Assembly: GCA_043718025.1 (NCBI GenBank)
Contig: JAYSWN010000060.1
Location: 1 to 37,170 of the forward strand
Direction: 5' to 3'
Length of the DNA: 37,170 nt
Source of the DNA: Pseudomonadota bacterium
GTDB taxonomy: Bacteria; Bdellovibrionota; FAC87; UBA2466
Shown here: positions 27,552 through 36,416 of the stretch, piece by piece
Layout of the letters: each line of letters opens with the position of its first letter
How positions within the stretch are numbered: position 1 is the first letter of the stretch
Position numbers and translations under genes: made by a program
Notes under the pieces: model-generated
Database searches by the model: none
What the model saw: only the letters and a program-made list of their open reading frames with translations
What the model was told of the DNA's origin: nothing

Positions 27552-28598
27552 TTAAACGGTAACCGTAGGGAACCACCACGGCCCTCTCCTAGGCTGTTTA
27601 CAGCCTGCACAAAGTGGTATCGAATCTGCCTTTCCCGAAAGGTGGATCTGACGCAGCCGTTTTCGCTCCATGCTTTGCCACACGTCGGTTAGGGAGATTT
27701 CGCCAATTTTTCCCAGCTTCGCTTTTCCATTCCAGTCATCACAACAAAGGGCGACGGTTCCGTCCGATAGTACCGGCAGCTGGTTCCATAAATAGTAACA
27801 AGGCGTTTTGGTCCATGACTCTTCGTGGCGGCTACCGCTCACGCTGCCAATACGAGACACTAGGCCGGTCAGGCCCACGTGATCGGCAACTCCCTTCCAC
27901 TTTTTCTCAAATAATGTGGTTTCGTGTCTGTTTTGTTCCATCACGATCATAAACACCCCGACGAAAGGGCGCTTTAGCTCTTTTTCATCGCGCTCGCGAA
28001 TCAGCCCCCGCACATTGCTTTCAACGTCTTCCAGTTTTAGATGGCGGCGAATCGCTTCAAAGGTAGCGGCCGTGGCACCGTCGATGGTGACATTAACTAC
28101 GTCCACGCCATGCTTAAGGTACGCCGCACGCAACACGGCGTTCATTCTCATCGCATTGGTATTGACTACGATCTTCACCGATTTGCTTTTTTGGCGGATG
28201 TAAGCGAGATACGCCTCATTTTCTTTTAAGACCGAGATCTCTCCGTAACCATTGAGCACCAATTTGGGGACACCCATTGAAATCGCTTCATCTACGATTT
28301 TTCTAAACAGATCAAAGTTCATTCCCTCCTGTTTGCGACTCATTGACCTTCGGGGGCACATAATGCAATCCGCATCGCACTGGCTGGTCACCTCAATGTC
28401 GACCTGCTCAGGCCGCTGAAAACACTCTTGGAGGCTCGATTTACGAAACATCTTCGCCACCACCGATCCACGCAGTGTTTCTTTGAGAGCAATGTCCCAG
28501 TGAATTATCTTGGCGCGGACACGAGGAGAAAGGAGAGAGGCGATAGCTTTTCGTATCACAAAGGTCCTCCGAGGAATTAAAGCGCTTTGCGGGCACAA
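27552..28598 (-). CDS. Radical SAM / SPASM (twitch) domain protein
   Basis: CDADCIMC, GYGE, PCYYLW...DGTVALCCDDW...C.GC; start may lie slightly downstream. Confidence 0.93.
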   Translation of the reverse strand: MCPQSALIPRRTFVIRKAIASLLSPRVRAKIIHWDIALKETLRGSVVAKMFRKSSLQECFQRPEQVDIEVTSQCDADCIMCPRRSMSRKQEGMNFDLFRKIVDEAISMGVPKLVLNGYGEISVLKENEAYLAYIRQKSKSVKIVVNTNAMRMNAVLRAAYLKHGVDVVNVTIDGATAATFEAIRRHLKLEDVESNVRGLIRERDEKELKRPFVGVFMIVMEQNRHETTLFEKKWKGVADHVGLTGLVSRIGSVSGSRHEESWTKTPCYYLWNQLPVLSDGTVALCCDDWNGKAKLGKIGEISLTDVWQSMERKRLRQIHLSGKADSIPLCAGCKQPRRGPWWFPTVTV

Positions 28599-29302
28599 GC
28601 GAGAATATGGTCGCTAAAGCGGATCCCCCCGGCTTGTCCAAAAAACAGCTGTTGCCAGGTGTAGCGCGGAAATAAAGGGATAGCTCCGCGATCATTGAAA
28701 AAGAACTCGGTCGACTGAAAACCCGCCTCCGCCAAACCGCGGGCCATATCAATGCGGAGCAATGGGGTCAAATGCATGGGGTAATCGAGAGGGCCAAAAC
28801 AGACGTAATATCCACGTTGAATAAGGCAGCTCAAGGCGCGCCAAGACTCATTATTGGGAGTGCTCAGAATGAGGGTGCCACCGGGTCGAAGCATCCTAAA
28901 AAATTCGCGCGCTTGAAAGCGGAAATTTTCGAGGTGCTCCACCACTTCAATGGAGTAGATCAGGTCAAAAGTTTTGTCCGCGGCAGGGCTTCGATCATTG
29001 AGATCACCTTGTAGCCATTTTACTTCCGAACCAACGCCGGCGGGCTTTGCCAAAATGTCTATTGCGGCGAGGGAGGTAAAACAGGGGTTTCCCAGGAGCC
29101 GCTTTACCCCAAAACCGGTTCCGGCGCCGTAGTCGAGAACGTCCCCCCCAAGCCGTTTCTCCCCCACGAGGCGATCAAAAACTTCGTACACACTTTCAAT
29201 ACTCGACCCTTGCACAGCCTGGGCGGCCACCGCAACGCGTCGTGAGTTCAACTCAGCCGGCAATTGGATTTTGGAGGGAAGCCGACTTTGAGAGTTCAAC
29301 AT
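28577..29302 (-). CDS. Class I SAM-dependent methyltransferase
   Basis: VLDYGAGTG, FDLIYSIEVVEHLEN, LRPGGTLILSTPN. Confidence 0.92.
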   Translation of the reverse strand: MLNSQSRLPSKIQLPAELNSRRVAVAAQAVQGSSIESVYEVFDRLVGEKRLGGDVLDYGAGTGFGVKRLLGNPCFTSLAAIDILAKPAGVGSEVKWLQGDLNDRSPAADKTFDLIYSIEVVEHLENFRFQAREFFRMLRPGGTLILSTPNNESWRALSCLIQRGYYVCFGPLDYPMHLTPLLRIDMARGLAEAGFQSTEFFFNDRGAIPLFPRYTWQQLFFGQAGGIRFSDHILACARKAL

Positions 29303-29752
29303 CTGAAGATTTTAACGTAAACGAACTTTCTACACACAATTTTTTTCTACCGCTGGAAGGGGGAATGAGACGGGGCAATAATTTCTGACTCGGAGCTTAA
29401 ATATATGCCTCCCGTAGCCGGTATGGACCGCGGTCGCCGTTGGAGACCAGCACGTCTAGACAACGTCGGAGTGCTTGAGACTTTCCAATAAAAGAGGTGA
29501 TTTTCCTGATCGTTTGGGAGGCGACGAAATAGTATTGTTTACCTCTGCTGCTCGCGTCAGCGAAGCCGGCCTAAACGGGCGGTTTCGGAGGCAACCGCAA
29601 ACTTCCGCCAACCGCGAAAAATCGTTTCCTCACATGGTATTGAGGCAGCCCTCTCACCTAAGGTGGGATCTGGGCCACGGCATTTCAGCCTTCGCCGATG
29701 CGATAGAGGAAAATCCTCCAGGGCGAGTCTCGGCGTTCGAGCACTTTGAGCA

Positions 29753-29873
29753 GCAGTTGATTCCATAAATAGTAACAAGGCGTTTTGGTCCATGACTCTT
29801 CGTGGCGCTGCCGCTCACGCTTCCAATACGAGACACTAGGCCGGTCAGGCCCACGTGATCGGCCACTCCCTTC
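29753..29873 (-). pseudogene. 121-bp partial copy of the radical SAM gene (27776..27897)
   Basis: Direct repeat of 27776..27897 with 5 substitutions and a 1-bp deletion. Confidence 0.92.
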
Positions 29874-30155
29874 GCCACCGCTGTCACCAAGCGCTAAAAG
29901 GAGCGATTCCCAAATATTCACAGGAAAAAAGGCTAACCGCGCTAGTACCATTCACAAAAAAGACTCACTTGAATTGCAAAATCACTACCCTAGAACCGTA
30001 CTTTTCGGTTGCAGCGTAATTGTCCCCATTACACCGGACGAGCCATTGCTTTTCGGGCTACAAAGTCGAGTGGATTGCCTCTTGCGAATAGCGCGGCGCT
30101 CTGTAGCTCTGAACATCAGCCGAATGGGAGACTGGCACCTTTTTTTCAGTGCAAC

Positions 30156-31688
30156 TTATGGCTTGGTGTGTGCTTTTTTGGAAATGTCTGAGGGCACGAC
30201 CGTTGGGGCGTGGACTTTACTGCCCACCGTGGTTCCCCCAGTCACCTCGAGGCTCTTCGTCTTCAACTGCAGGCAAACCTTTTCTGTAATTTTGGAGTAA
30301 CCGCTACCTGTGGAATAACCGCTAGCCGGCAGTGCCCCAACTTCCTTCAGGTTCTCTGGATCGGATTCGATGATATCCGCCATGAAATGGCAGGCCAGGT
30401 TTCGCAGGCCGCCCGACTCCGTCCCGGTAGAGTGGAACTCGTAACCCACGGTATGGGAGCCGGGCGAATAGTCCAACGAAAAGTGCTTTACGTTCACGCC
30501 GTTCCCTTCGAAGAGGTACCGTAGATCGGTGACTCGTTCGTTGTCGGCCTCGTGGTGAAATTCAAAGGGCTCGCCGGAATTTGTTGCCCCGGACGCGGCG
30601 GCCAGCTTTTTCTTCTCCACCATCCGACGCTGGGTGACGGCCTTCACCTCGCCCAGCATCTCGGAATAGGATTTGCCAAGCTTCCTTTCGTGCTCCTTGC
30701 GAAACGCGCCTTGGACATCCCCTAGAAAACTAGGAATATTTTTACACCCAAGGATCGCTCCCATCATCGCGTACTTCACCCGTTCGTAGTTAGGTGCCCG
30801 TGTGAACTGGTTGGCCATGAAACGAAAGTTCCAATGATTCAGAAATGAGCCGAACGCCTGCGGGCCGGCTATAGCCCCCTTTGTGTCATCGCGAGCCTTG
30901 AGTAACTCATAATCCGCGGTCAGTTTCCTTATCTGGGCGGGGTCCTCTGGGTAAACCGTCGCCCCGCCAAAAAAGTAGTTACCGCGCCGTCCGTACGCTC
31001 CCGGCCAAACACTGTAGGATGCCCAGTTGGGTCGAGGCGGATTGCCGTGGCAGTTCGTGCACGACGAGGGATTTTTTTCCGGCACCACCGTCTTCCCATC
31101 GAATTTTAGCGCCAGAGTTTGCCACCCCTTCTCCCTATCCGCGATAAAAACCTGAACGAAGTTATTTGTGGCAGTGTGCCCGGGATGACCCGTGCTGGCT
31201 ACGATCATGCCTTTGGTAAATTTGAGCCGCCGTGGGTAGTCGGGAGTTACCGCTTTTCTCTCGGCGCTCTCACTGTTGCCCATCAAGACGTAATGACTCA
31301 CTAGCTCTCTCCACGGTTCTTGCGCGCCCATTTTTCGGAATAATTCCGTGGCAGTTTTTGCCTGGCTCTCTTTGGCGAAGCGAATCAAATCTTCGGCTGC
31401 AAGAATCTCGTCGCCGCCCAAAGCGTTTATCTTTTGAACTTGGAGGCAGGCCTCCCGATGTTCGTCGGGCGTCCAAGGCTTATTGAGGCACCGCTGATAC
31501 AGAGGAACCACCGTTTCGCCATCTGGACATAGGCAAATATACTTGTCTTGTTTCCCACCCGCTTCGATACACGCTCTTTCCTGATCGTCCGCGGAGACGG
31601 TCAGGCAGGCGAGGCTCAAGGTTAGCCAAAATAGGCGGTTTAGGTTGTGCCTGCATAGAGAGAGAATACCGACTTCAATTTTCTTCAT
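30156..31688 (-). CDS. Exported protein with a single CxxCH (putative c-type cytochrome)
   Basis: Signal-like hydrophobic stretch; SSCTNCHG..PRPNW..Y..WPGAYG; ATG 31688 after GAGGG. Confidence 0.72.
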   Translation of the reverse strand: MKKIEVGILSLCRHNLNRLFWLTLSLACLTVSADDQERACIEAGGKQDKYICLCPDGETVVPLYQRCLNKPWTPDEHREACLQVQKINALGGDEILAAEDLIRFAKESQAKTATELFRKMGAQEPWRELVSHYVLMGNSESAERKAVTPDYPRRLKFTKGMIVASTGHPGHTATNNFVQVFIADREKGWQTLALKFDGKTVVPEKNPSSCTNCHGNPPRPNWASYSVWPGAYGRRGNYFFGGATVYPEDPAQIRKLTADYELLKARDDTKGAIAGPQAFGSFLNHWNFRFMANQFTRAPNYERVKYAMMGAILGCKNIPSFLGDVQGAFRKEHERKLGKSYSEMLGEVKAVTQRRMVEKKKLAAASGATNSGEPFEFHHEADNERVTDLRYLFEGNGVNVKHFSLDYSPGSHTVGYEFHSTGTESGGLRNLACHFMADIIESDPENLKEVGALPASGYSTGSGYSKITEKVCLQLKTKSLEVTGGTTVGSKVHAPTVVPSDISKKAHTKP

Positions 31689-31763
31689 TTGACCCTCATG
31701 TCCCGCTGCAAACAGTGACATTCATAACATCGCGCACTTTTGATTAATCGGACCACCTGGGCG

Positions 31764-31868
31764 CTATTTCCAAACTGGATATCCACCGTTCACACCCGTT
31801 GGAGGCATAGTCCAAACCTTCACGAAATCCCAATTTAGAACGCTACTGAAGAGGGCGCCGTTGCGCAT
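31764..31868 (-). pseudogene. C-terminal relic resembling the tail of GLUG-repeat surface proteins
   Basis: Hand translation gives MRNGALFSSVLNWDFVKVWTMPPTGVNGGYPVWK*, matching a WDF..VW....N.GYP tail. Confidence 0.55.
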
Positions 31869-31894
31869 CTGCAAAGAAGCCGGCCGATTTTCTT

Positions 31895-33577
31895 CTAGAC
31901 TCCGGTTCCGCGCCCCTCGGTGTCAAGTAGTTTTTCGCCACGGCGATAGATGAAATAAATTGCGGCTAGAAATACTCCGCAAAAAAATATTCCCCACGGG
32001 AAAAGGGCGTAGCCCCACGACGCTAGCCCTTTACCAAAATAGATCTTAGCGTCTTCATCCGATGTGGTCATTAAGGGTAGCGCTTTTTCAACGAAGCCTT
32101 GGCTGCCTAACTTCAGCACCAGCACGGGAATAAATTGGCTGAATAAGAACGGCAGGGTTCCCGTGACAAAAGTCCAGAATACGATTCTCCCGGTGATTGC
32201 CTCGCTCCGTTGGGAATCCAAATAAGAATACATCCCCAAAAAAAAGAGTAAGCACAGTGGCACTAAACCGGCCTGGGTAGTGCCCACATAGGTGTCGTGC
32301 GGGAAGGCCAAGGTGTGAAATAGCACCGTTGTAGCCAGCCCGGCCAGTAGGTAGGGTTGGGCTTTCGCTAAGCGCTTTGCGTGAGCAATAAGGGCCTTCC
32401 AGTGCGGCGTAATCAGCCACGGAAGTATGAGGCAACCGAGGGTTCCGGCCATGGCCGTTGCCCACGTCGATAAAATAAAAAAGACCAGGGCCGCCCAGGA
32501 AAAAGGGCCGCCGCCTAGTGGATTGTTCTTTAGAAAATCAGCCACTTCCCACGGGGCGCGGGTGATAAAGGTCGTAAAAAGAATTCTCGGAAAATTTAGC
32601 CACGGATCGCCGTAGCGCCAGGACACTCCCGCGTTTTCGGAAATTCTGCGTTCTAAACCGAAAGTGTGTAGTGCCCAAATCTCATAGGGCGCGATGACAA
32701 CGATAACGGCCAGTCCAATGAGCAAAGGAAGGAGAAGGATCGCTCGCTTTTGCTTCCAGAAGCCTTTCCTCAAGAAACCCAATAAGAGAGGAAAGCAGAG
32801 CACGGCCGAATGGTGAGCGTTGATGGCGAACGCGAGCCACAATCCAACCGCTATTCCCAATTTTTTAGTCGGGCGATGGAAGAATCGCGAAGTGTAAAAC
32901 GCCGCGATGACCATGCAGGCCCCCGATAGAAATTTGGGCCAAGGGTATGTGTCGTGTAATGCAAAAAAAGGAGTGGTGAATAACGTGGTGGCGAGTAACC
33001 CGGGAGTGAGAGCAATTCGGAACTTACGCGCGATGAATAAAAGACACATTGCCGAGGCGGCGGTAATTTCGGCGTTCGCGATCTGGTAGGTCAGCAAACC
33101 ATCCAACCACCAACGAAGCGGTAGCATCGAGGCTGCAAAGAGAGGGGGGCGCGCGACTAGTTCAGAACATATTTCCCCCCTCAATAGGCAGCTTCCCAGC
33201 TGGTAATGGAAATACCAGTCTCCGCTCCATTTCCCCAGCCCGGGAAAGGGGACTAGGGCTTGGGCAAAGCCCGCAATGGCGAAGAGTAACGTTGAGGCGA
33301 TTAGGGTGGTCACTTCGTTTTTTTGGAGACGTCTAAAGATAAGACTGACTAAAGCTAGGACCCCGAGTAGCGCGGTTGTTGAACCGGCCGGTAATTTTGC
33401 GAAAAATAGAATTTGACCCGTAAACCCCACCGCCAGAATTCCGACTAAGGCGTAGAGCCATTCAGAATGCCGCACTTTTGAATTTGAAAACCGGAACAAG
33501 CTACGACCCACGTTCCAATAGAAAACGTTGGCGAAGGTGTAGATCAGCGCGGCGTCCAAAAAGTGGCTCATAACCAT
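31895..33577 (-). CDS. Polytopic membrane protein, GT-C (ArnT/PMT-like) candidate
   Basis: More than 10 hydrophobic segments; GDW.FHY and RPPLF loop motifs. Confidence 0.7.
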   Translation of the reverse strand: MVMSHFLDAALIYTFANVFYWNVGRSLFRFSNSKVRHSEWLYALVGILAVGFTGQILFFAKLPAGSTTALLGVLALVSLIFRRLQKNEVTTLIASTLLFAIAGFAQALVPFPGLGKWSGDWYFHYQLGSCLLRGEICSELVARPPLFAASMLPLRWWLDGLLTYQIANAEITAASAMCLLFIARKFRIALTPGLLATTLFTTPFFALHDTYPWPKFLSGACMVIAAFYTSRFFHRPTKKLGIAVGLWLAFAINAHHSAVLCFPLLLGFLRKGFWKQKRAILLLPLLIGLAVIVVIAPYEIWALHTFGLERRISENAGVSWRYGDPWLNFPRILFTTFITRAPWEVADFLKNNPLGGGPFSWAALVFFILSTWATAMAGTLGCLILPWLITPHWKALIAHAKRLAKAQPYLLAGLATTVLFHTLAFPHDTYVGTTQAGLVPLCLLFFLGMYSYLDSQRSEAITGRIVFWTFVTGTLPFLFSQFIPVLVLKLGSQGFVEKALPLMTTSDEDAKIYFGKGLASWGYALFPWGIFFCGVFLAAIYFIYRRGEKLLDTEGRGTGV

Positions 33578-33643
33578 AATTATAGCGCCGTTTGCCCCAG
33601 GAGTTTCGATTGTGAAAAAGGGAGGGGTTCTTAGCGGTGCCGT

Positions 33644-33859
33644 TTATCGAGCAGAAGTGATTCGGCTCAATAAACAAGTGGATAAAATTCCTGACTCCAA
33701 ACACGCGACCCGAAGGTGTTTGGCGCTAAACGTTTCCATTAAGTAAGTGCCGAAGAGGCGCGCCAGAATAAACGTGATGCTAAAACTCATAATGTATAGG
33801 CCCATGTAAAAACTGCGCCGATTCTCCGCAAAGAGTTGTCCGCGCTCCTCAAGCCGCAT
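33644..33859 (-). pseudogene. C-terminal relic of an MFS transporter
   Basis: RRSFYMGLYIMSFSITFILARLFGTYLMETF...ACL..GIL resembles the last two MFS helices; no N-terminal part. Confidence 0.6.
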
Positions 33860-33996
33860 CAGACGGCGTTTCGGGCCACTTATTGCCCGTAACTGAATTT
33901 ATCGGGAATAGACGCCTTGCAGAAAACGCCCCTTTTTTTCTGCCTATCCATCGTAAAATTCGCTTTCTATTCCAGTTTACCAGCGGCACTTTCCTC

Positions 33997-34166
33997 ATCT
34001 GGCTTGTAACGTTTATGGATTATGATCTGGGGTACTTTGATGAAGACAGTAAACGCTTTGAAGCCCTATTGAACCCGTTTGGGCCAAAAGTGTTACCTAT
34101 GTCTTCGGTATGATACGTGACCTATGTGTCCGGTATGATACGTGACCTATGTGTCCGGTATGGACC
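33997..34166 (+). mobile_element. IS481-family remnant (transposase C-terminus plus right end)
   Basis: IWLVTFMDYDLGYFD.....EAL.NPFGPKVLPMS.V* is a characteristic IS481-family tail; followed by terminal repeats. Confidence 0.82.
34092..34166 (+). repeat. Three tandem 25-bp repeats
   Basis: GTTACCTATGTCTTCGGTATGATAC / GTGACCTATGTGTCCGGTATGATAC / GTGACCTATGTGTCCGGTATGGACC. Confidence 0.93.
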
Positions 34167-34178
34167 AATCTTAAAGTA

Positions 34179-34251
34179 TAGCTGGGGAGGGACTTGAACC
34201 CCCGACCAAAGGATTATGATTCCCTTGCTCTACCGACTGAGCTACCCAGCC
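34179..34251 (-). tRNA. tRNA-Met(CAU), probably elongator
   Basis: GGCTGGGTAGCTCAGTCGGTAGAGCAAGGGAATCATAATCCTTTGGTCGGGGGTTCAAGTCCCTCCCCAGCTA; lacks the initiator C1 mismatch and 3GC anticodon stem; Ile2 not fully excluded. Confidence 0.92.
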
Positions 34252-34312
34252 ACAAAAAGTGCTCACGAACAGAAGAAAAGAGGGGATACCACTTTTTTTC
34301 AGGCCGGACAAG

Positions 34313-35278
34313 TTACCGCTTTGATTCAAGGTGCATGCGGATTTCGTAGCGCTCGGACTCTTTGTCGAAGCTGCCCGAAATTGAAGGGAAGTTGAATTCT
34401 TCCCCGGCCAATGCCAAACGTCGCCACAGTTCAGCAAATTTTCCTTGGCCCTTCGGGTCTTCATTTTGGGTACGGCCGAATTCGAGAGAGTTATCTTTCA
34501 GAAATCCGTCCATGTTAAGTAAGCAGACAGGGTTTTCTAGCCTTAACCGTTCTTTTGGCTGAATGGACGAGTTTAGTTTTACGCTCGTCGTGCCTAAGCA
34601 ATGCAAAAACAATTCTTTTTGATGGGTTAACGAAACAAGGTGGCGGTGGCCAGAGGCCGACTGCAGCAATTGCGGTAGAAGAATCACGTCGGCCCCGGTC
34701 CAATCCAGATTTTCAACCAGTGAGCTTGCCGTAGGCCCATCCAGAGCAATTGAGGTTATCCGGGCGAGCCGATGAAAGCCAAGGCTCTGTAAAATAGAGT
34801 CGGTTAGCTTGTATCCGCGATCGATCATGCCGGCCAAGCCAAAGACTTCGTGGAGCACCAAGCGTTCTCGCTCCCAAGCGTTTAATAGCGGCCAGCGTTT
34901 ATTGTAAATGTTTATGCGGCAGGGCGCGGGAAAGTTCAGCGCGTCCACCGGGCGGCCATTATGATAAGTCTGTTCGTTTACGCCAACCACGGAGCTCTGC
35001 TCTAATCTGGCCAGCCAGAGGCTGAAATTGCTTTCGGTGTAAACTTTGGGGTTTCTATCGCGAAGGCGTCGATCTAGCGACCGGCCGATGAGTTTAACTT
35101 CCAGTTCGATGGAGTCGCCACCACCGCTCGAAGTCGTGCCGTCGTTAAGAGGCGGGGGAGGGAGCGTTGGAAAGGCTTTGCTTTGGGGTCTACCGCAGCC
35201 CACCAGACTCAGTAAAAAAAGTGGCATGGCGGCCGCGTATAAGTGACCAAACGCGCGAACCCGACTTGGTGCTTTCAT
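34313..35278 (-). CDS. Lipoprotein with an HExx(G) zincin-like motif
   Basis: Lipobox LSLVGC, Pro/Gly linker, DALNFP, LVLHEVFGLAG..DRGY; start 35278 or 35227. Confidence 0.65.
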   Translation of the reverse strand: MKAPSRVRAFGHLYAAAMPLFLLSLVGCGRPQSKAFPTLPPPPLNDGTTSSGGGDSIELEVKLIGRSLDRRLRDRNPKVYTESNFSLWLARLEQSSVVGVNEQTYHNGRPVDALNFPAPCRINIYNKRWPLLNAWERERLVLHEVFGLAGMIDRGYKLTDSILQSLGFHRLARITSIALDGPTASSLVENLDWTGADVILLPQLLQSASGHRHLVSLTHQKELFLHCLGTTSVKLNSSIQPKERLRLENPVCLLNMDGFLKDNSLEFGRTQNEDPKGQGKFAELWRRLALAGEEFNFPSISGSFDKESERYEIRMHLESKR

Positions 35279-35396
35279 AAATATCCCCGTGTAACTGCGA
35301 GGAGCAATATCAAATTCGCACTTGACACGCAACGTCAATTTTTGGTTATACTCAATTCTTCTTTAGTAATCATGAAACGTGTCTCGAGGTTCTCGG

Positions 35397-36239
35397 ATGA
35401 TGGATTTACAGCAGCGTGGCCTACTCTCAGCCCCTACCGTGGGGCTAGAAGATTTTGATAATTATAAGGATTTTTTTCGCTATCAGATAGCGCAGTCATC
35501 GCACATACGCGGCTACCAGACCCTTTTGGCCAAGGCCATGGGGGTTCACCCCTCGTTCGTTTCTCAGCTTTTAAGCGGTAGCGTTCATCTCACCCCCGAT
35601 CACGGCGCCAAACTCTCTGAGTTCTGGATGCTGGATTCCACCGAAACTGACATTTTCTTAAACCTGGTGCATTTGGATCGCGCCGGTTCCCAGGCGTTAA
35701 AAAAGATCACGCTCAACAAATTAAAGCACCTGCGCGAGAAAAAGCGTGACCTTGGTCAGCGCTTTGGAGCACCCAAGCTTCAAGCGGCCGAAAATGAATC
35801 ACGCTACTACTCGCACTGGCTCGGGGCCGCCGTCCATGTGCTTTGTAGTATCCCCCAGTTTCAATCAGCGGAGGCGCTTGCTCAGCGCTTGAGCGTACCG
35901 TTGACCAATGTACAGAGTACTTTGAAAGATCTTGAAGCCATGGATCTGCTTAAGATCGAAAACGGCAAATGCCATTTGAAAAACAATAACCTTCACGTGG
36001 CGAAGACTTCTCCCGTGCTGCGGCAGCATCTGATCAACTGGCGGTATCGGGCCATGCTCAGCGCCCAACTAAACCAAGAAGAGAATGTTCACTACTCGGC
36101 GGTGCACGCACTCTCGAAGAAAGACTGCGAAAAACTGCGCGCTTTGATCATCGGTTTCTTAGAGCAAAGCCGTCGGTTGGTGGCCCCCTCCCCCGAAGAA
36201 GAGGCAGTTTGCCTGAATCTAGACTTTTTCGTAATTTGA
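35397..36239 (+). CDS. TIGR02147 / DUF4423 family HTH protein
   Basis: YKDFF...RGYQTLLAKAMGVHPSFVSQLLSG, YYSHW..AVH, H.INWR..A, SPEEEAVCLNLDFF. Confidence 0.88.
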   Translation: MMDLQQRGLLSAPTVGLEDFDNYKDFFRYQIAQSSHIRGYQTLLAKAMGVHPSFVSQLLSGSVHLTPDHGAKLSEFWMLDSTETDIFLNLVHLDRAGSQALKKITLNKLKHLREKKRDLGQRFGAPKLQAAENESRYYSHWLGAAVHVLCSIPQFQSAEALAQRLSVPLTNVQSTLKDLEAMDLLKIENGKCHLKNNNLHVAKTSPVLRQHLINWRYRAMLSAQLNQEENVHYSAVHALSKKDCEKLRALIIGFLEQSRRLVAPSPEEEAVCLNLDFFVI

Positions 36240-36259
36240 TTTTTTAATGGTCTCTCTCC

Positions 36260-36320
36260 CCAAAAAAGGACCCCCTTTTTCTTCCGCAGCATCGGATGAA
36301 AAAGGGGGTTTTTTTTTTGG
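36260..36320 (+). terminator. Long hairpin terminator after the TIGR02147 gene
   Basis: CCAAAAAAGGACCCCCTTTTTC..TCCG-CAGCAT-CGGA..GAAAAAGGGGG-T10-GG. Confidence 0.8.
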
Positions 36321-36416
36321 AAAAAATGGGGGCCGCACTGGGGCCGGCTAAAGAGTGCTAGCCCGATGCGTTGTTCTCTGAGATGTTTCCCTTCCAGACT
36401 TTGAGTGGGTGGTGAA

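Noticed and set aside
29557..29793. CPBP/CAAX protease relic (EETIFRGW)
   Set aside because: A short motif in a hydrophilic context without the other motifs or TMs; may be chance.
27776..29873. DGR template/variable repeat pair
   Set aside because: Mismatches are not adenine-specific on either strand, all are synonymous, and no reverse transcriptase is present.
29785..30300. 171-aa plus-strand ORF and the many other short shadow ORFs in the track
   Set aside because: Antisense or overlapping to better-supported genes or relics, with no recognisable motifs.
34092..34166. CRISPR array
   Set aside because: Repeats are contiguous with no spacers, overlap an IS481 tail, and no cas genes are present.
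15829..34251. Single island bounded by the recombinase and tRNA-Met
   Set aside because: No duplicate of the tRNA 3' end was found near the recombinase by eye.
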